A DNA stretch of 64,000 nucleotides from an uncultured Methanoregula sp. (GCA_963676405.2 CAXXQB010000027.1:41241-105240), one strand, 5' to 3'. Counted from the stretch's first letter, positions 1 to 10,259 are shown. Numbers and translations are program-made. Notes: a model not told the origin generated them from the sequence alone.

Positions 1-227
1 TATATCGGCGTTGTAAGTGCTACAATATCTTTTTTCGGTCGTATCCATGCCAGGTAGGCAAGAACCCAGGAACTGAGCACGCAGCCCAAAATTGAAATCC
101 GGAAATCTACCTGAGCGCCCGTGACCCAGAAAAGGATAGCAAGGAGTGCTCCCCCAAATGAGAGGACTGGGACTGCATACTCCATCCATTTATTCATCGT
201 ATCGGATTGATCGGGATTTTTTGACAT
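1..227 (-). CDS. Hypothetical membrane protein, runs off the left edge (partial)
   Basis: Hand translation from ATG 227: MSKNPDQSDTMNKWMEYAVPVLSFGGALLAILFWVTG...LAYLAWIRPKKDIVALTTPI; open to the window edge, two hydrophobic segments, GGTG just upstream. Confidence 0.7.
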   Translation of the reverse strand, partial: MSKNPDQSDTMNKWMEYAVPVLSFGGALLAILFWVTGAQVDFRISILGCVLSSWVLAYLAWIRPKKDIVALTTPI

Positions 228-304
228 GAACACCACGCTGCCGATAAGAAAGGTTGTTGTTTTCAGATATGACGTATCGTAAAGCAATCTGAAATATCAG
301 GGAA

Positions 305-820
305 TTATGCTTCATTTTTGGGTTTTTTGATCTTCTTGATTGAGACACAGTTGATAACCGGATCCCCGCTGACGAAGTACCGGTGGATGACCGTGCCGAG
401 CACCACAACCACGTCATTCACCTTCACATCCTCTGCGGGATTCGTGAACATCTTCACCGAGATAGCACCGGACCGGTCTGCAACAAGATACTGGGGACGG
501 TTGAGAAACTGGAAATAAACCCGTTCCACAACGCCCTCAATTCTCACCGGTTTCCCGATCATGTTTTCGTTGATCAGTTTGACCCGCACCGTCTTTGCCT
601 CAGCTTCATATATCGGTTCCAAACCCGTGTACTGGCTGCGGCTCATATAATTGAGCGCGATGGGGATTACAAGAAGCAGGAACAGTCCCGGGATCAGCCA
701 GATCAGTTGCGACCGTACCACTGGGCTATACAAAGATGCAAGGAGTAAAAAGATGGTGAAGAACACAAACACCGCGATCGCGACGATTGAAACCTTCACG
801 TCAATATTTCCAATTTTCAT
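305..820 (-). CDS. Membrane-anchored OB-fold protein
   Basis: Two N-terminal TM segments, then an OB-fold-like pattern (GKPVRIEGVV...VADRSGAISVKMF...VKVNDVVVVLGTV); 23 nt downstream of fdhC. Confidence 0.7.
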   Translation of the reverse strand: MKIGNIDVKVSIVAIAVFVFFTIFLLLASLYSPVVRSQLIWLIPGLFLLLVIPIALNYMSRSQYTGLEPIYEAEAKTVRVKLINENMIGKPVRIEGVVERVYFQFLNRPQYLVADRSGAISVKMFTNPAEDVKVNDVVVVLGTVIHRYFVSGDPVINCVSIKKIKKPKNEA

Positions 821-843
821 TAAAAATAGTATGGGTGGTTAAT

Positions 844-1710
844 CTACTTCAGTGCTGCGATCTCTTTGCGGAACGCAACCCAGTAGAGGATACCAACGAA
901 GAATAAAGCTCCAACAATGTTGCCGATAGTGACAATGACCAGGTTGGAGGTCCACATGTTGATCCAGTTTGCAGCACATGCGGTACCTGTGACACTTCCA
1001 GTCAGGATACCTGCTGGGATGAAGTACATGTTCGCGACAGAGTGTTCGAACCCGCTGGAAACGAACGCCATGATCGGGAACCAGATACCGAAGAACTTAC
1101 CCACTGCGTCATCAGAACAAATTCCAAGCAGGATAGCGAGGTTGACGAGCCAGTTACAAGCAATGGCTTTCAGGAACGCAGACCACATGCCCATCATTCC
1201 AACGTAACTGACTTTTGCACCTGCAATGGCAATTGCTCTGGTACCAAACGCCGTTATAGTAGCGGTTCCTGCGCCATCGAACGTGACAAACGGCCCATTT
1301 GCCATGATATAGGCAAAGACGACCGAGCCGATCAGGTTTCCGATATAGACGAAAATCCACAGGGTGATGACCTGTGCCCAGCTGACCTTGTGGATGAATG
1401 CCGCCATCGGGGCAAGCATTGCGTCACCAGTGAAAAGCTCTGCACCTGTAAGGACGATGATGATAAGCCCAACAGGGAACACAGATCCTAGGATCAACTG
1501 GGAAAAACCAGCGCTTGCAGTGCCGTACCGGAGTGCGGCATCTGTTGCCTGGATTCCGGTACTGCACACTGTTGCAAGCGCAGCACCCATGGCGATATAT
1601 GCGCCCGCCATGAACCCGCGAACGAGCATGTTCCACGCGGGCAAACCTACTTTGTACTTACCGGCATCGCCAGCCTTTGCGACGATGGCTACCGGGGGAT
1701 GAAAAACCAT
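844..1710 (-). CDS. fdhC: Formate/nitrite transporter (FNT family)
   Basis: FNT motifs GAELFTG, GNLIG, CNWLVNLA, FEHSVANM; start MVFHPP with GAGGTG RBS; near fdhAB. Confidence 0.93.
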   Translation of the reverse strand: MVFHPPVAIVAKAGDAGKYKVGLPAWNMLVRGFMAGAYIAMGAALATVCSTGIQATDAALRYGTASAGFSQLILGSVFPVGLIIIVLTGAELFTGDAMLAPMAAFIHKVSWAQVITLWIFVYIGNLIGSVVFAYIMANGPFVTFDGAGTATITAFGTRAIAIAGAKVSYVGMMGMWSAFLKAIACNWLVNLAILLGICSDDAVGKFFGIWFPIMAFVSSGFEHSVANMYFIPAGILTGSVTGTACAANWINMWTSNLVIVTIGNIVGALFFVGILYWVAFRKEIAALK

Positions 1711-2003
1711 TCTTTTACACACCTCTGAAACGTTTCAACCTATACAAGCACCGGATGCATCATTCAGTGCAAGTTCATGAGATTTTCATTGAACGGTATA
1801 GGCAATGAAATACTCGGATTTGACGTTATTAATACCTTTCTAAATGCTTTCTGGTCAGTTTACGTCAGAAAGAAAATTTTTGTTTTGCACAATTTCAAAA
1901 AAAAATGCATCCTGCTGCGAAGACGATGAAAAAAAAAGAGCCAATATATTCATCAGGAAAATACCCAGAGTATATGTAGCAAAAACAGTCATGCAGGTGA
2001 TCC

Positions 2004-3044
2004 GTGAAGTGTTCAGTGATAACCGGTCCAATCTTTGAGCGGCACAACCGCACGGGGCATATCGAGTGTCAGGACCGTCTTCTCTCGATACTTGCACGAC
2101 TGCCCACAGATATCCCTCTCCTTCCACCGGTTATCGCTACCCGGGAGGATGTCGAACGAGTCCACAAGCCCGGGTACCTGAAATGGCTTGAACGCCAGTG
2201 TATCCGGAATGTGGACTATGCATATCTTGACGAATTCGGGTGTAGTGGGGGATACTTCGCACAGAACACATTCGTTGCCGGGTTCATCGACCCGAATACC
2301 TACATCAACCCGCTCTCCTACGAGGTGGCGCTGTATGCAGCAGGTTCCTCCATCGCTGCGATGGAACGTGCACTCGATGGCGAGAATTGCTTTGCGCTCG
2401 TGCGCCCACCCGGGCATCATGCCGCGGCAGACTGGGCGATGGGCTTCTGCCTCTTGAACAACGCGGCGATTGCAGCGGCAAAGGCGCTGACCCTTGTTGA
2501 TCGTGTTGCAATCATAGACTGGGATGATCATCATGGCAACGGCACGCAGGATATTTTTTATGGAAATGACCGGGTCACGTACTGTTCCGTCCATGAAGAG
2601 GATGTATTCCCGAATACCGGTACTTTTGAAGAGACCGGCACCGGTGCCGGGCAGGGACACACGATGAACGCGCCACTCCAGCGGGGCTGCACGATCGGTG
2701 ATTATGCCGCGGTCTTTACGGAGATCATTCTCCCGGTCATCGAACGACAAAAACCGGATTGCGTGATCATCTCTGCGGGTCAGGATGTTTTATCCGATGA
2801 TCCTGTTGGTAACATGGCGCTCGTACCGGCAGATCTCGGGTATCTTACCGGGCTGGTACAGGATACTCTTGACCTTCCCCTTGCACTAGTCCTTGAAGGA
2901 GGGTACGGACCGTCCCAGCCGGAAGCAGTTGCGTCAATTTTTTCCGCGCTCAAAGGGGAGCGCCAGAAATACTCTCTCCCCCAGCCCTTACAGAACACCC
3001 GGACACGCATTCCGATCATGAGAAAAATCCATGGGCTTGCCTAA
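2004..3044 (+). CDS. Histone deacetylase family (class II-like) amidohydrolase
   Basis: RPPGHHA, GFCLLNN, DWDDHHGNGTQ, SAGQD and LEGGY motifs. Confidence 0.93.
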   Translation: MKCSVITGPIFERHNRTGHIECQDRLLSILARLPTDIPLLPPVIATREDVERVHKPGYLKWLERQCIRNVDYAYLDEFGCSGGYFAQNTFVAGFIDPNTYINPLSYEVALYAAGSSIAAMERALDGENCFALVRPPGHHAAADWAMGFCLLNNAAIAAAKALTLVDRVAIIDWDDHHGNGTQDIFYGNDRVTYCSVHEEDVFPNTGTFEETGTGAGQGHTMNAPLQRGCTIGDYAAVFTEIILPVIERQKPDCVIISAGQDVLSDDPVGNMALVPADLGYLTGLVQDTLDLPLALVLEGGYGPSQPEAVASIFSALKGERQKYSLPQPLQNTRTRIPIMRKIHGLA

Positions 3045-3322
3045 CGCAAAGAACGTGCCGTACTCATCCATTTTAAGGATATTATTTTCCGGCACAGAAA
3101 CCCCTGCATACTGATTGCCCGGTACTACTACAACAAAGCACAGGATCTGAAGAGCACACTCCAAGTACCCGGACCTGCTCCGGTGCCTATAGCTCATACT
3201 CTGCCCCATCAGTGTGAATTTTGACCGGACGAGAAACGCACCCGCCAGTATTTTTCCTGATCGGTTAATGAAATTTGCTGTTAAAGCCAGTCGTCAGAAG
3301 TCACGAAAAAAAAGGATTGGGA

Positions 3323-4573
3323 TTATTTCTTGAATGGGTTGAACACGTTCTCGTAAATCATGTCGCTGCCGGTGTTGTGGAGCCGGGCACGCTCTTCCGG
3401 TTCCTCAACATATGCCATCAGCGGCAGTTCCATGTTGACACCCGGGACATGACCAAACATCTTTTCGAGTTCGACCTGCTGGGCGTGCATGAAGAGCGCG
3501 TTCGGGATCTCTGCCGGGCAAAGTTCCTGGCACTGGCCGCAATTCACACAGGAATCTGCGATGTGGGCGAACCGGATCAGCTGGAACATGAAGTTCGGCG
3601 GGAGCTGCCCGGGAGTGACATATGCCGGGTTCTTTGTCGTGCAGTCTTCACAGTAGCAGATGGGGCAGTTCTCAATACACGAGTAGCACTTGAGGCACCG
3701 GGAAGTTTCCTGCATGATCTTCTTTAACCGGTCCTTGCCTTCTCCAAGTCCTTCGAAGTCGTGCTTGCGCCACTTTTCGCCAAGCTTCATCATCGCGCCT
3801 TCGACTTTTCCCCGGATCTCGAGACCCTTCGGGTTTGCTGCCTCGGTTGCAATAACGCCAGCTTTGACCGCACCATCGAGAAGTTTTGCACCCTTCTCGC
3901 TGCATACCTCAACAAATGTTGCCTTGCCTGCCCGGGGTCCGATAACACCCCAGTTACCGCAGGCGAGGTCTGCCTGGCGCGGGATCTTCATCTTGCAGCG
4001 GCGGCAGTTGGACCTGCGACCGAAGCCTGCCTCTTCAAGTTCATCAATAGAGATGCCCTTGTGTCCGCCTTCGTACTCGATGATGAACTGACCCTTGTCG
4101 ATCTCTTCCTTGTGTACTTTGTCCGGGTCGACATCGAACTTTGCCTGGATCATCTTCCGTGCCGGCACTGCGCTGACCGAGCCACCGCAGTTCACACCGA
4201 TCATGACGATATTGTCAAGGTTGATCTGCTTGCGCTTTGCGAGCTCATAGAACGCCATCGCGTCACAGCCCTTGACGGTCACACCGATCTTCATCGTCTT
4301 TGCGCCGTCAAAGTACTTCTTGATAAGCTTAGGCAGGAGGAGCGTCCCGCAGTGGAGCGATCCAGCCGTGTTCTTCAGGTCATCAGATTTTGTGATAAAT
4401 GTGGGCGCAGCATCATAGAGATCTTTTCCCTTCTTGATTGCGAGAACGCCATCGACCATCTTTGAGTCAAGCGCGTACTTCCACATGCCGGTAACTGCAC
4501 CGCCAAGTTCGGCTTTCTTTGCAATCTCGGCATCATTTGTCCATGCGTAGAGCATATCGCCTTTCTTTGACAT
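3323..4573 (-). CDS. fdhB: F420-dependent formate dehydrogenase beta subunit
   Basis: FrhB/FdhB domain (GGAVT, GSLHCG, KGCD, GVNCGG) plus two CxxCxxCxxxCP ferredoxin motifs; directly follows fdhA. Confidence 0.95.
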   Translation of the reverse strand: MSKKGDMLYAWTNDAEIAKKAELGGAVTGMWKYALDSKMVDGVLAIKKGKDLYDAAPTFITKSDDLKNTAGSLHCGTLLLPKLIKKYFDGAKTMKIGVTVKGCDAMAFYELAKRKQINLDNIVMIGVNCGGSVSAVPARKMIQAKFDVDPDKVHKEEIDKGQFIIEYEGGHKGISIDELEEAGFGRRSNCRRCKMKIPRQADLACGNWGVIGPRAGKATFVEVCSEKGAKLLDGAVKAGVIATEAANPKGLEIRGKVEGAMMKLGEKWRKHDFEGLGEGKDRLKKIMQETSRCLKCYSCIENCPICYCEDCTTKNPAYVTPGQLPPNFMFQLIRFAHIADSCVNCGQCQELCPAEIPNALFMHAQQVELEKMFGHVPGVNMELPLMAYVEEPEERARLHNTGSDMIYENVFNPFKK

Positions 4574-4574
4574 G

Positions 4575-6638
4575 TTACTGCGCCTCCGCAATCTTCTCTA
4601 TCCGCACAGCACAGGCTTTGAACTCCGGAATCGCTGCAACCGGGTCAAGCGCATTGTTGGTTAAGAGGTTCGCTGCGCATTCCGCGTAGTGGAACGGCAT
4701 GAAGACGACACCCTTCTTGATGTTCTTTGTTACACGGGCGCCAATGGTAATCTCTCCCCTGCGCGTAATTGCCTTGACCATTTCCTTGTCCTTGATCCCC
4801 AGAACGGCTGCGTCTTCGGGATTGATCTCAACCCAGCCCGTGGGCTCCTCGCGCTCGAGGTTCGCAGAGCGGCGAGTCATGGTACCGGTGTGCCACTGCC
4901 AGATGCAGCGCCCGGTGGTCATGATGAGCGGGTAGTCCTTGTCCGGGACTTCTGCCGGGGGTTTCCACTCGATTGGCGTAAAGATACCAAGACCATCGGG
5001 GTGAGTGAACTTCTCTTTGTGCAGGATCGGTGTCCCCGGGTGTTCCTTCGTGGGGCAGGGCCAGTGAAGGGCTTCGGGCTTGTCGAGCCGTGCATAGTCC
5101 ATGCCACCATACGAGGGGGTGACCTTGGCAATCTCGTTGAAGATTTCTTCAGCGCTCTTGTATGGGAACTGTTTCTCGTATCCCATGTGCTTAGCGAGCT
5201 CGCAGAAGATCTGCCAGTCTGCTTTTGCCTCGCCGGGCGGGTCCTGTGCCTTTCTCCATTTCTGGACGCGGCGTTCGGTCGAGGTCTGGGTGCCGTCCTT
5301 CTCAGCATAGCACGCTGCAGGCAGGACAACGTTTGCGAACTGGGCGGTTTCGGTCAGGAAGATATCCTGCACGACCATGAACTCCACGTTCTTCATTCCC
5401 TTCTCCACGTGGTGGAGATCCGGGTCTGAGAGCATCGGGTTCTCTCCCATGATATAGACGCACTTAACCTTGCCGGGCTCATCAGCCAGTGTATTAATCA
5501 ACTTGGTGACCGTGAGGCCGACTTTACCTTCGGCGATCTCACAACCCCATGCGTCCATCATCTTCTTTCTCATCTCGGGAACGATGACTGCCTGGTAACC
5601 AGAGTACACGTTCGCGAGGGCTCCCATGTCGCAGGCGCCCTGCACGTTGTTCTGGCCACGAAGCGCACAGATACCGGTACCGGGCCTTCCGAGGTTGCCG
5701 GTCAGCATCTGGAGGTTCGCAGTTGACTTGACATTGTCAACACCGGTCGTGTGCTGGGTGATACCCATCGAGTAGAGGATCGCAGACTGGCCGGATTTCC
5801 CAAACCACTCGGCTGCAGTGATGATGTCTTTTGCGGGGATTCCCGTGATCTTCGAGACATTATCGGGGCTGTAGATATCCTTCATCACAACCTCTTTGAC
5901 CTTCTCGAAGTCCTTCGTCCGCTTTGCGATGAACTCCTTGTTCTCCCAGCCGTTTTTCAGGATCAGCTGCATGAAACAGTTGAAAAGCGCTACATCGGTA
6001 CCCGAATAGAACTGCAGGTGCAGGTCGGCGATCTTCCCCGTTGGCGTGAGCCGCGGGTCAGCGTAGATGATCTTTGCACCGTTCATCTTTGCCTGCATTA
6101 TCCGGCGTCCAATCAGCGGGTGCTGCTCGAACGTGTTGGTTCCAATGACAAGGAGACACTTTGATTCCGCGATATCCGCGATTGACTGGGTCATCGCACC
6201 GGAGCCAAATGCACCGGCAAGCCCGACGACCGTCGAAGCGTGACAGAGACGGGCGCAGTGATCGATGTTGGGTGTCTTAAGAACTGCACGTGCAAACTTC
6301 TGCATCAGGTAGTTCTCTTCATTCGAGACACGTGCAGATGCAAGGCAGGCGCTCTGCTCGCCCTGGTACTTCTTGAACTTCTCGGCGATCAGCTTGTATG
6401 CCTCGTCCCAGCTCGCCTCAACAAACTTGCCATCCTTCTTGATGAGGGGCTTGGTCAGCCGGTCGGGGGCATTAACAAACTCGTCCGCATAAATTCCCTT
6501 GGGACAGAGCTTGCCCTCGTTTACCGGCGTACGGTGCCAGGGTGCGACACCGACAACCTTCTTGTCTTTTACGACAAGATTGAATCCACAGCCTGTTCCG
6601 CAATACGGACAGGTGGTTGGTACGTAACTAAACTCCAT
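4575..6638 (-). CDS. fdhA: Formate dehydrogenase alpha subunit (Cys-type, Mo/W-bisPGD)
   Basis: CPYCGTGC...LCPKG 4Fe-4S motif, DHCARLCHA active site, RGQNNVQG, C-terminal PEFKACAV. Confidence 0.97.
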   Translation of the reverse strand: MEFSYVPTTCPYCGTGCGFNLVVKDKKVVGVAPWHRTPVNEGKLCPKGIYADEFVNAPDRLTKPLIKKDGKFVEASWDEAYKLIAEKFKKYQGEQSACLASARVSNEENYLMQKFARAVLKTPNIDHCARLCHASTVVGLAGAFGSGAMTQSIADIAESKCLLVIGTNTFEQHPLIGRRIMQAKMNGAKIIYADPRLTPTGKIADLHLQFYSGTDVALFNCFMQLILKNGWENKEFIAKRTKDFEKVKEVVMKDIYSPDNVSKITGIPAKDIITAAEWFGKSGQSAILYSMGITQHTTGVDNVKSTANLQMLTGNLGRPGTGICALRGQNNVQGACDMGALANVYSGYQAVIVPEMRKKMMDAWGCEIAEGKVGLTVTKLINTLADEPGKVKCVYIMGENPMLSDPDLHHVEKGMKNVEFMVVQDIFLTETAQFANVVLPAACYAEKDGTQTSTERRVQKWRKAQDPPGEAKADWQIFCELAKHMGYEKQFPYKSAEEIFNEIAKVTPSYGGMDYARLDKPEALHWPCPTKEHPGTPILHKEKFTHPDGLGIFTPIEWKPPAEVPDKDYPLIMTTGRCIWQWHTGTMTRRSANLEREEPTGWVEINPEDAAVLGIKDKEMVKAITRRGEITIGARVTKNIKKGVVFMPFHYAECAANLLTNNALDPVAAIPEFKACAVRIEKIAEAQ

Positions 6639-6845
6639 GTTCTAACCTCGAACAGAGTCAGGTCTGTATTAACTATATTTAAAGGCACTGAAATTGTATA
6701 AAAAAATGATGAATAACGGTGGGTATTTATTTTCACGGTGTAAACATTCTTTTTGAACTATGCAAAAAGTCAATTATTCTCGCATAAAAATTTCTGACAA
6801 TAATAATAGATCGCGTCATAATTACAGATACAGTGAAAGTGATTT

Positions 6846-7520
6846 ATGAGACCCCCGCGCATCCATCCGATGCTTGCAACAATTGTATCAGCCTCCCTGT
6901 CAGCTGTTGATGGAGTTTTGTTTTCCGGATATGCTGCATGCCCTGCATGTGCGGGATCCCTCCGCGGGTATGACACAAAAAAGAAACAGTTTGCCGTAAT
7001 AATGGAGGAGGATGTGCGACGGGTGATTTATGCATATGTTAAACGTTTTTATTGCCGGGACTGCCAGCGGCTCTGTTATGCCCATGAACCATTCTATCCC
7101 GGCACCCGCATCGGGTCACCCATTGTTGATCTCGGGATTACGCTCTCTGCAACGATGAAACCAAATCGGGTGGCAGCGTACCTTGCAGCTCTTGGGATTG
7201 TTGCCGATCGTACTACCTGTCGCCTCTATGCGAAACGATCATTTCCCAGTGTTCCGACAACGGATGTCTTTGGAATACGGATCCCGATGTCAGTGTTCAA
7301 CCTTTTTACTCTCGTCACGCAGGGCACTGAGGGGAGTCGCATCGAAGGGGCAGAAGTTCTCGCTGCCTGTGGTTTCCCATCCACATACCGGGCACCGCTT
7401 TACCTGCCGCCCCCGGGAAAAGAAGGGGATGAGCGGGACGAACAGGAAAAGAAAGAAGAACGGCAGGTGCATGAGCCACATAACCATGGTGATGAGAAGA
7501 GACCCGACAAGAAGGATTAA
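6846..7520 (+). CDS. Hypothetical protein with two CxxC pairs (Zn-binding)
   Basis: CPAC...CRDC; 224-aa ORF divergent from fdhA; its 3' end overlaps the antisense gene. Confidence 0.65.
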   Translation: MRPPRIHPMLATIVSASLSAVDGVLFSGYAACPACAGSLRGYDTKKKQFAVIMEEDVRRVIYAYVKRFYCRDCQRLCYAHEPFYPGTRIGSPIVDLGITLSATMKPNRVAAYLAALGIVADRTTCRLYAKRSFPSVPTTDVFGIRIPMSVFNLFTLVTQGTEGSRIEGAEVLAACGFPSTYRAPLYLPPPGKEGDERDEQEKKEERQVHEPHNHGDEKRPDKKD

Positions 7521-7541
7521 ACTTATGTGCCACGCTTTCAT
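7290..7541 (-). CDS. Small membrane protein with C-terminal zinc ribbon
   Basis: Hydrophobic N-terminal half, then CPVCG...FCPFDATPL; 15 nt downstream of mfnF in the same direction. Confidence 0.7.
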   Translation of the reverse strand: MKAWHISLILLVGSLLITMVMWLMHLPFFFLFLFVPLIPFFSRGRQVKRCPVCGWETTGSENFCPFDATPLSALRDESKKVEH

Positions 7542-7556
7542 CCTGTCATTCTCCTT

Positions 7557-8510
7557 TTAGTGCACCGGTGAACTGGCAAATCTCCCGCTCCGCTGTGCCA
7601 CCTCTCGGACTGCATATGCCGGCAGGGCATCGGCAGCTGCTCCCAGTTCGTCCGATAAAAGAATTCCCCCGCATTCCTGTACAAACAGCGGTGCCCCGAT
7701 ACCTGCGACAATAACTCCGGTTGCGTGCGTTTCACGAACGACGTGCCGTACCTGGTCTCCTATTATTCCCCGCTGACGACCCCAGAACTGTTGGGCAACC
7801 TGCATCGCTCCCGTTTCACCAATCTCCTCAAGGTCAGCGCAGACAACCCGGGCAAGCCGGCGCAAGGCAGCTTCCTTTGTCTTCTCCTTTTTGTCCGGTG
7901 TGTCGCAGGTATATTCAGCAGAAGTTATATGACAGAGGACAAGGTGGGCATCAGCGCTCGTAGCGAAATATTCAGAACTCACCGGGGTATCAATGTCGTC
8001 AAGGTTCACCGATGAGAGAAGCGTAACGATATTTGTCCGCAGCATGCCGGTGTAAATAAGATACCCTTTCTGGAGCCGGCGCAGATCCGTAAGCCCGCGC
8101 AGGGCATCGAAGCGCGAGAGGGGAATGATATCTGTGGTTGTGCTTCCCACATCAAGGAGCACCGTATCCGGATACAGTTCCCGTAAAAAATCAGCAGAGG
8201 CAAGCCAGTTGGCAGCCGCGAGCTGGGGCACAGGCTTGTGGTGGAATTTCGCATCGGTGCCATAAAACCGTGCACTAGGAAATACGTCGCGCACCGCATA
8301 GGTAATAAAAGAAATACCCAGTAGTTTATTGGTAAAACAATCGGCAAGTTCGCCGCTCATGACAACAGCTGCCGCATCCTGCCCGGTTTTTTTGTATTGA
8401 AAGAGAAGTGATGCCAGCGGCGCGCCTTCCCAGAGGGGGCAGTAGTGGATATGGACGCCCTCGTCATCCACCACTTTCAGGTTTGCACCGCCAACGTCAA
8501 TCCCGATCAT
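7557..8510 (-). CDS. mfnF: MfnF-like methanofuran biosynthesis protein (hydantoinase/oxoprolinase family)
   Basis: GIDVGGANLK, VMSGELADCF, AAANW, DVGSTTTDIIP; ATGA-coupled to mfnD. Confidence 0.85.
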   Translation of the reverse strand: MIGIDVGGANLKVVDDEGVHIHYCPLWEGAPLASLLFQYKKTGQDAAAVVMSGELADCFTNKLLGISFITYAVRDVFPSARFYGTDAKFHHKPVPQLAAANWLASADFLRELYPDTVLLDVGSTTTDIIPLSRFDALRGLTDLRRLQKGYLIYTGMLRTNIVTLLSSVNLDDIDTPVSSEYFATSADAHLVLCHITSAEYTCDTPDKKEKTKEAALRRLARVVCADLEEIGETGAMQVAQQFWGRQRGIIGDQVRHVVRETHATGVIVAGIGAPLFVQECGGILLSDELGAAADALPAYAVREVAQRSGRFASSPVH

Positions 8511-9394
8511 GCCGGCTGGACCTTCCCGTGCGTGTCAAAGCGCACCGATCCGGTGAGATGAACCGGTGCTATTGGTTTGCCAAACGATGCATCGACAAGG
8601 ATTCGGGCGATCTCTTCCTCCATGCAGGAGGCGATCCCAACAAGACTCGTCGTGATCCGCGGGTTCACATCGACCACATAGACCTTGTCGGCTACAACCA
8701 CATCGACGCCGCAGTATCCCTGGCAGCCGAGCACCGCGATGGTCTTTGTTGCAACATCGAGAATTTCCTGTTCGCGTCCCGGATGAACGGGCGTCTCCCC
8801 GCCACAATACCGGAACGCGCCATCGTCACCAATCTCTATGAACTGCCGGTTCACGGCAAGAGAAACCGGAGGGTCCCCAGAAAAGTACAGGCATGCATCC
8901 CCGACAATCCGGTTCCCGACGAGACTTGCAGAGAAATGGTCTCCTTTGATATATTCCTGCGAAAACTCTCTTTCACCCGGAGCCGAAGAAGTGAGTCGTA
9001 CACCCTGCGCACCGCACCCGTACACGGGTTTTACCACACGTATTCCCGCAGTTGCATCGGCTGGCACCGGTATCCCGTGACTCTTTAAGATCTGCGCTGT
9101 CCTCACCTTGTTCGCGCATAAGGCTGCATTCATCGCGCCGCACCCAATGTTGTGCGTATGCTGTTCGAGGATCATCGTGTACCGGGAGAGCAGGTGATCG
9201 GGCGCAATGACAAGCCCCATATCACAATCCGGAGCAAGGCGGTCAATCTCCTCACCGAAGTCCCCGGGTCCGGGCATCACAATATCATACCCGCACCGGG
9301 AAAAGCTCTCAAAAAGGACGTGAAGCATCGCCGCACCCTCCGGGGCAAGTGCAGGTGAATGGGCAGTTGCATATTCAGCCAAGAGGACTTTCAT
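8507..9394 (-). CDS. mfnD: Tyramine--L-glutamate ligase (ATP-grasp)
   Basis: MKVLLAEYA..EGAAML, LVIAPD, GYCGVDVV, VDVNPRITTS; paired with mfnF. Confidence 0.82.
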   Translation of the reverse strand: MKVLLAEYATAHSPALAPEGAAMLHVLFESFSRCGYDIVMPGPGDFGEEIDRLAPDCDMGLVIAPDHLLSRYTMILEQHTHNIGCGAMNAALCANKVRTAQILKSHGIPVPADATAGIRVVKPVYGCGAQGVRLTSSAPGEREFSQEYIKGDHFSASLVGNRIVGDACLYFSGDPPVSLAVNRQFIEIGDDGAFRYCGGETPVHPGREQEILDVATKTIAVLGCQGYCGVDVVVADKVYVVDVNPRITTSLVGIASCMEEEIARILVDASFGKPIAPVHLTGSVRFDTHGKVQPA

Positions 9395-9470
9395 CCCACA
9401 TCTATACACCTTACCTTGCAATTACCCTATCCGATCGGTCAATTATTTGGGGAGAGGCACACAAAAGTAC

Positions 9471-10259
9471 ATGACTATGAAACCCTCGATCCTGCTGACA
9501 AATGATGACGGTATAAACTCCGTAGGCATCTGGGCAGCCTATGAAGTTCTCGCGCCCATAGCCGATGTGACCGTTGTCGCCCCGGCAACGCAACAGAGTG
9601 CAGTCGGCAGATCGATCTCGATCTTTGAACCGATCCGGGCAAACCAGATCGCAATAAACGGTGTCCGCGCGTGGTCGGTTGCAGGGAAACCCACCGATGC
9701 CGTGATCATCGGCCTGTATGCGCTCAATCTGGCACCAACGCTCGTTGTTTCCGGGATCAATATCGGCGAGAACCTTTCGTTCGAATCAATCATGACCTCC
9801 GGTACGGTGGGTGCAGCGCTTGAGGCATCCAACCAGGCGGCAAAAGGAATTGCTTTTTCCCTGCAGGTCGAGGATCAGGGTGACAAGTTTGACGATCCGA
9901 GCACGAATACCCGGAGTTTTGACGCGGCAAAAAGGGTAGTCCGGGATGTAGTTGAGCGCATCCTCACACACGGGTTCTGCCCGCATGCGGATGTGATCAA
10001 CGTGAACATTCCCTCAGAGATCAAAGGGGGATATGAAGTGACCCGGCTTGCGCGAAAACTTTTCCACACGGGGGTGGAGAAACGACTTGACCCAAGGGGA
10101 AGACCCTATTTCTGGATCAACGGCCCCCTCATTGAAGATGCTGAAGAAGGCACCGATGTCCATGCGATCCGGAAGGGCAATATCTCTGTGACCCCGATCA
10201 CGCTCGACTGCACATCCTATGCCGCAGAAACTGAGATAAAAAAGATTTTTCTGCCGTAA
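9471..10259 (+). CDS. surE: 5'/3'-nucleotidase SurE
   Basis: LLTNDDG, VAPATQQSAVG, GKPTDAV, VSGINIGEN, SGTVGAA. Confidence 0.96.
   Translation: MTMKPSILLTNDDGINSVGIWAAYEVLAPIADVTVVAPATQQSAVGRSISIFEPIRANQIAINGVRAWSVAGKPTDAVIIGLYALNLAPTLVVSGINIGENLSFESIMTSGTVGAALEASNQAAKGIAFSLQVEDQGDKFDDPSTNTRSFDAAKRVVRDVVERILTHGFCPHADVINVNIPSEIKGGYEVTRLARKLFHTGVEKRLDPRGRPYFWINGPLIEDAEEGTDVHAIRKGNISVTPITLDCTSYAAETEIKKIFLP

Noticed and set aside
1711-1802. Moco/Wco riboswitch upstream of the formate genes
   Set aside because: I could not match the known consensus; reported only as an unclassified structure.
4575-6638. Selenocysteine in FdhA
   Set aside because: The active site reads CARLCH with no in-frame TGA.
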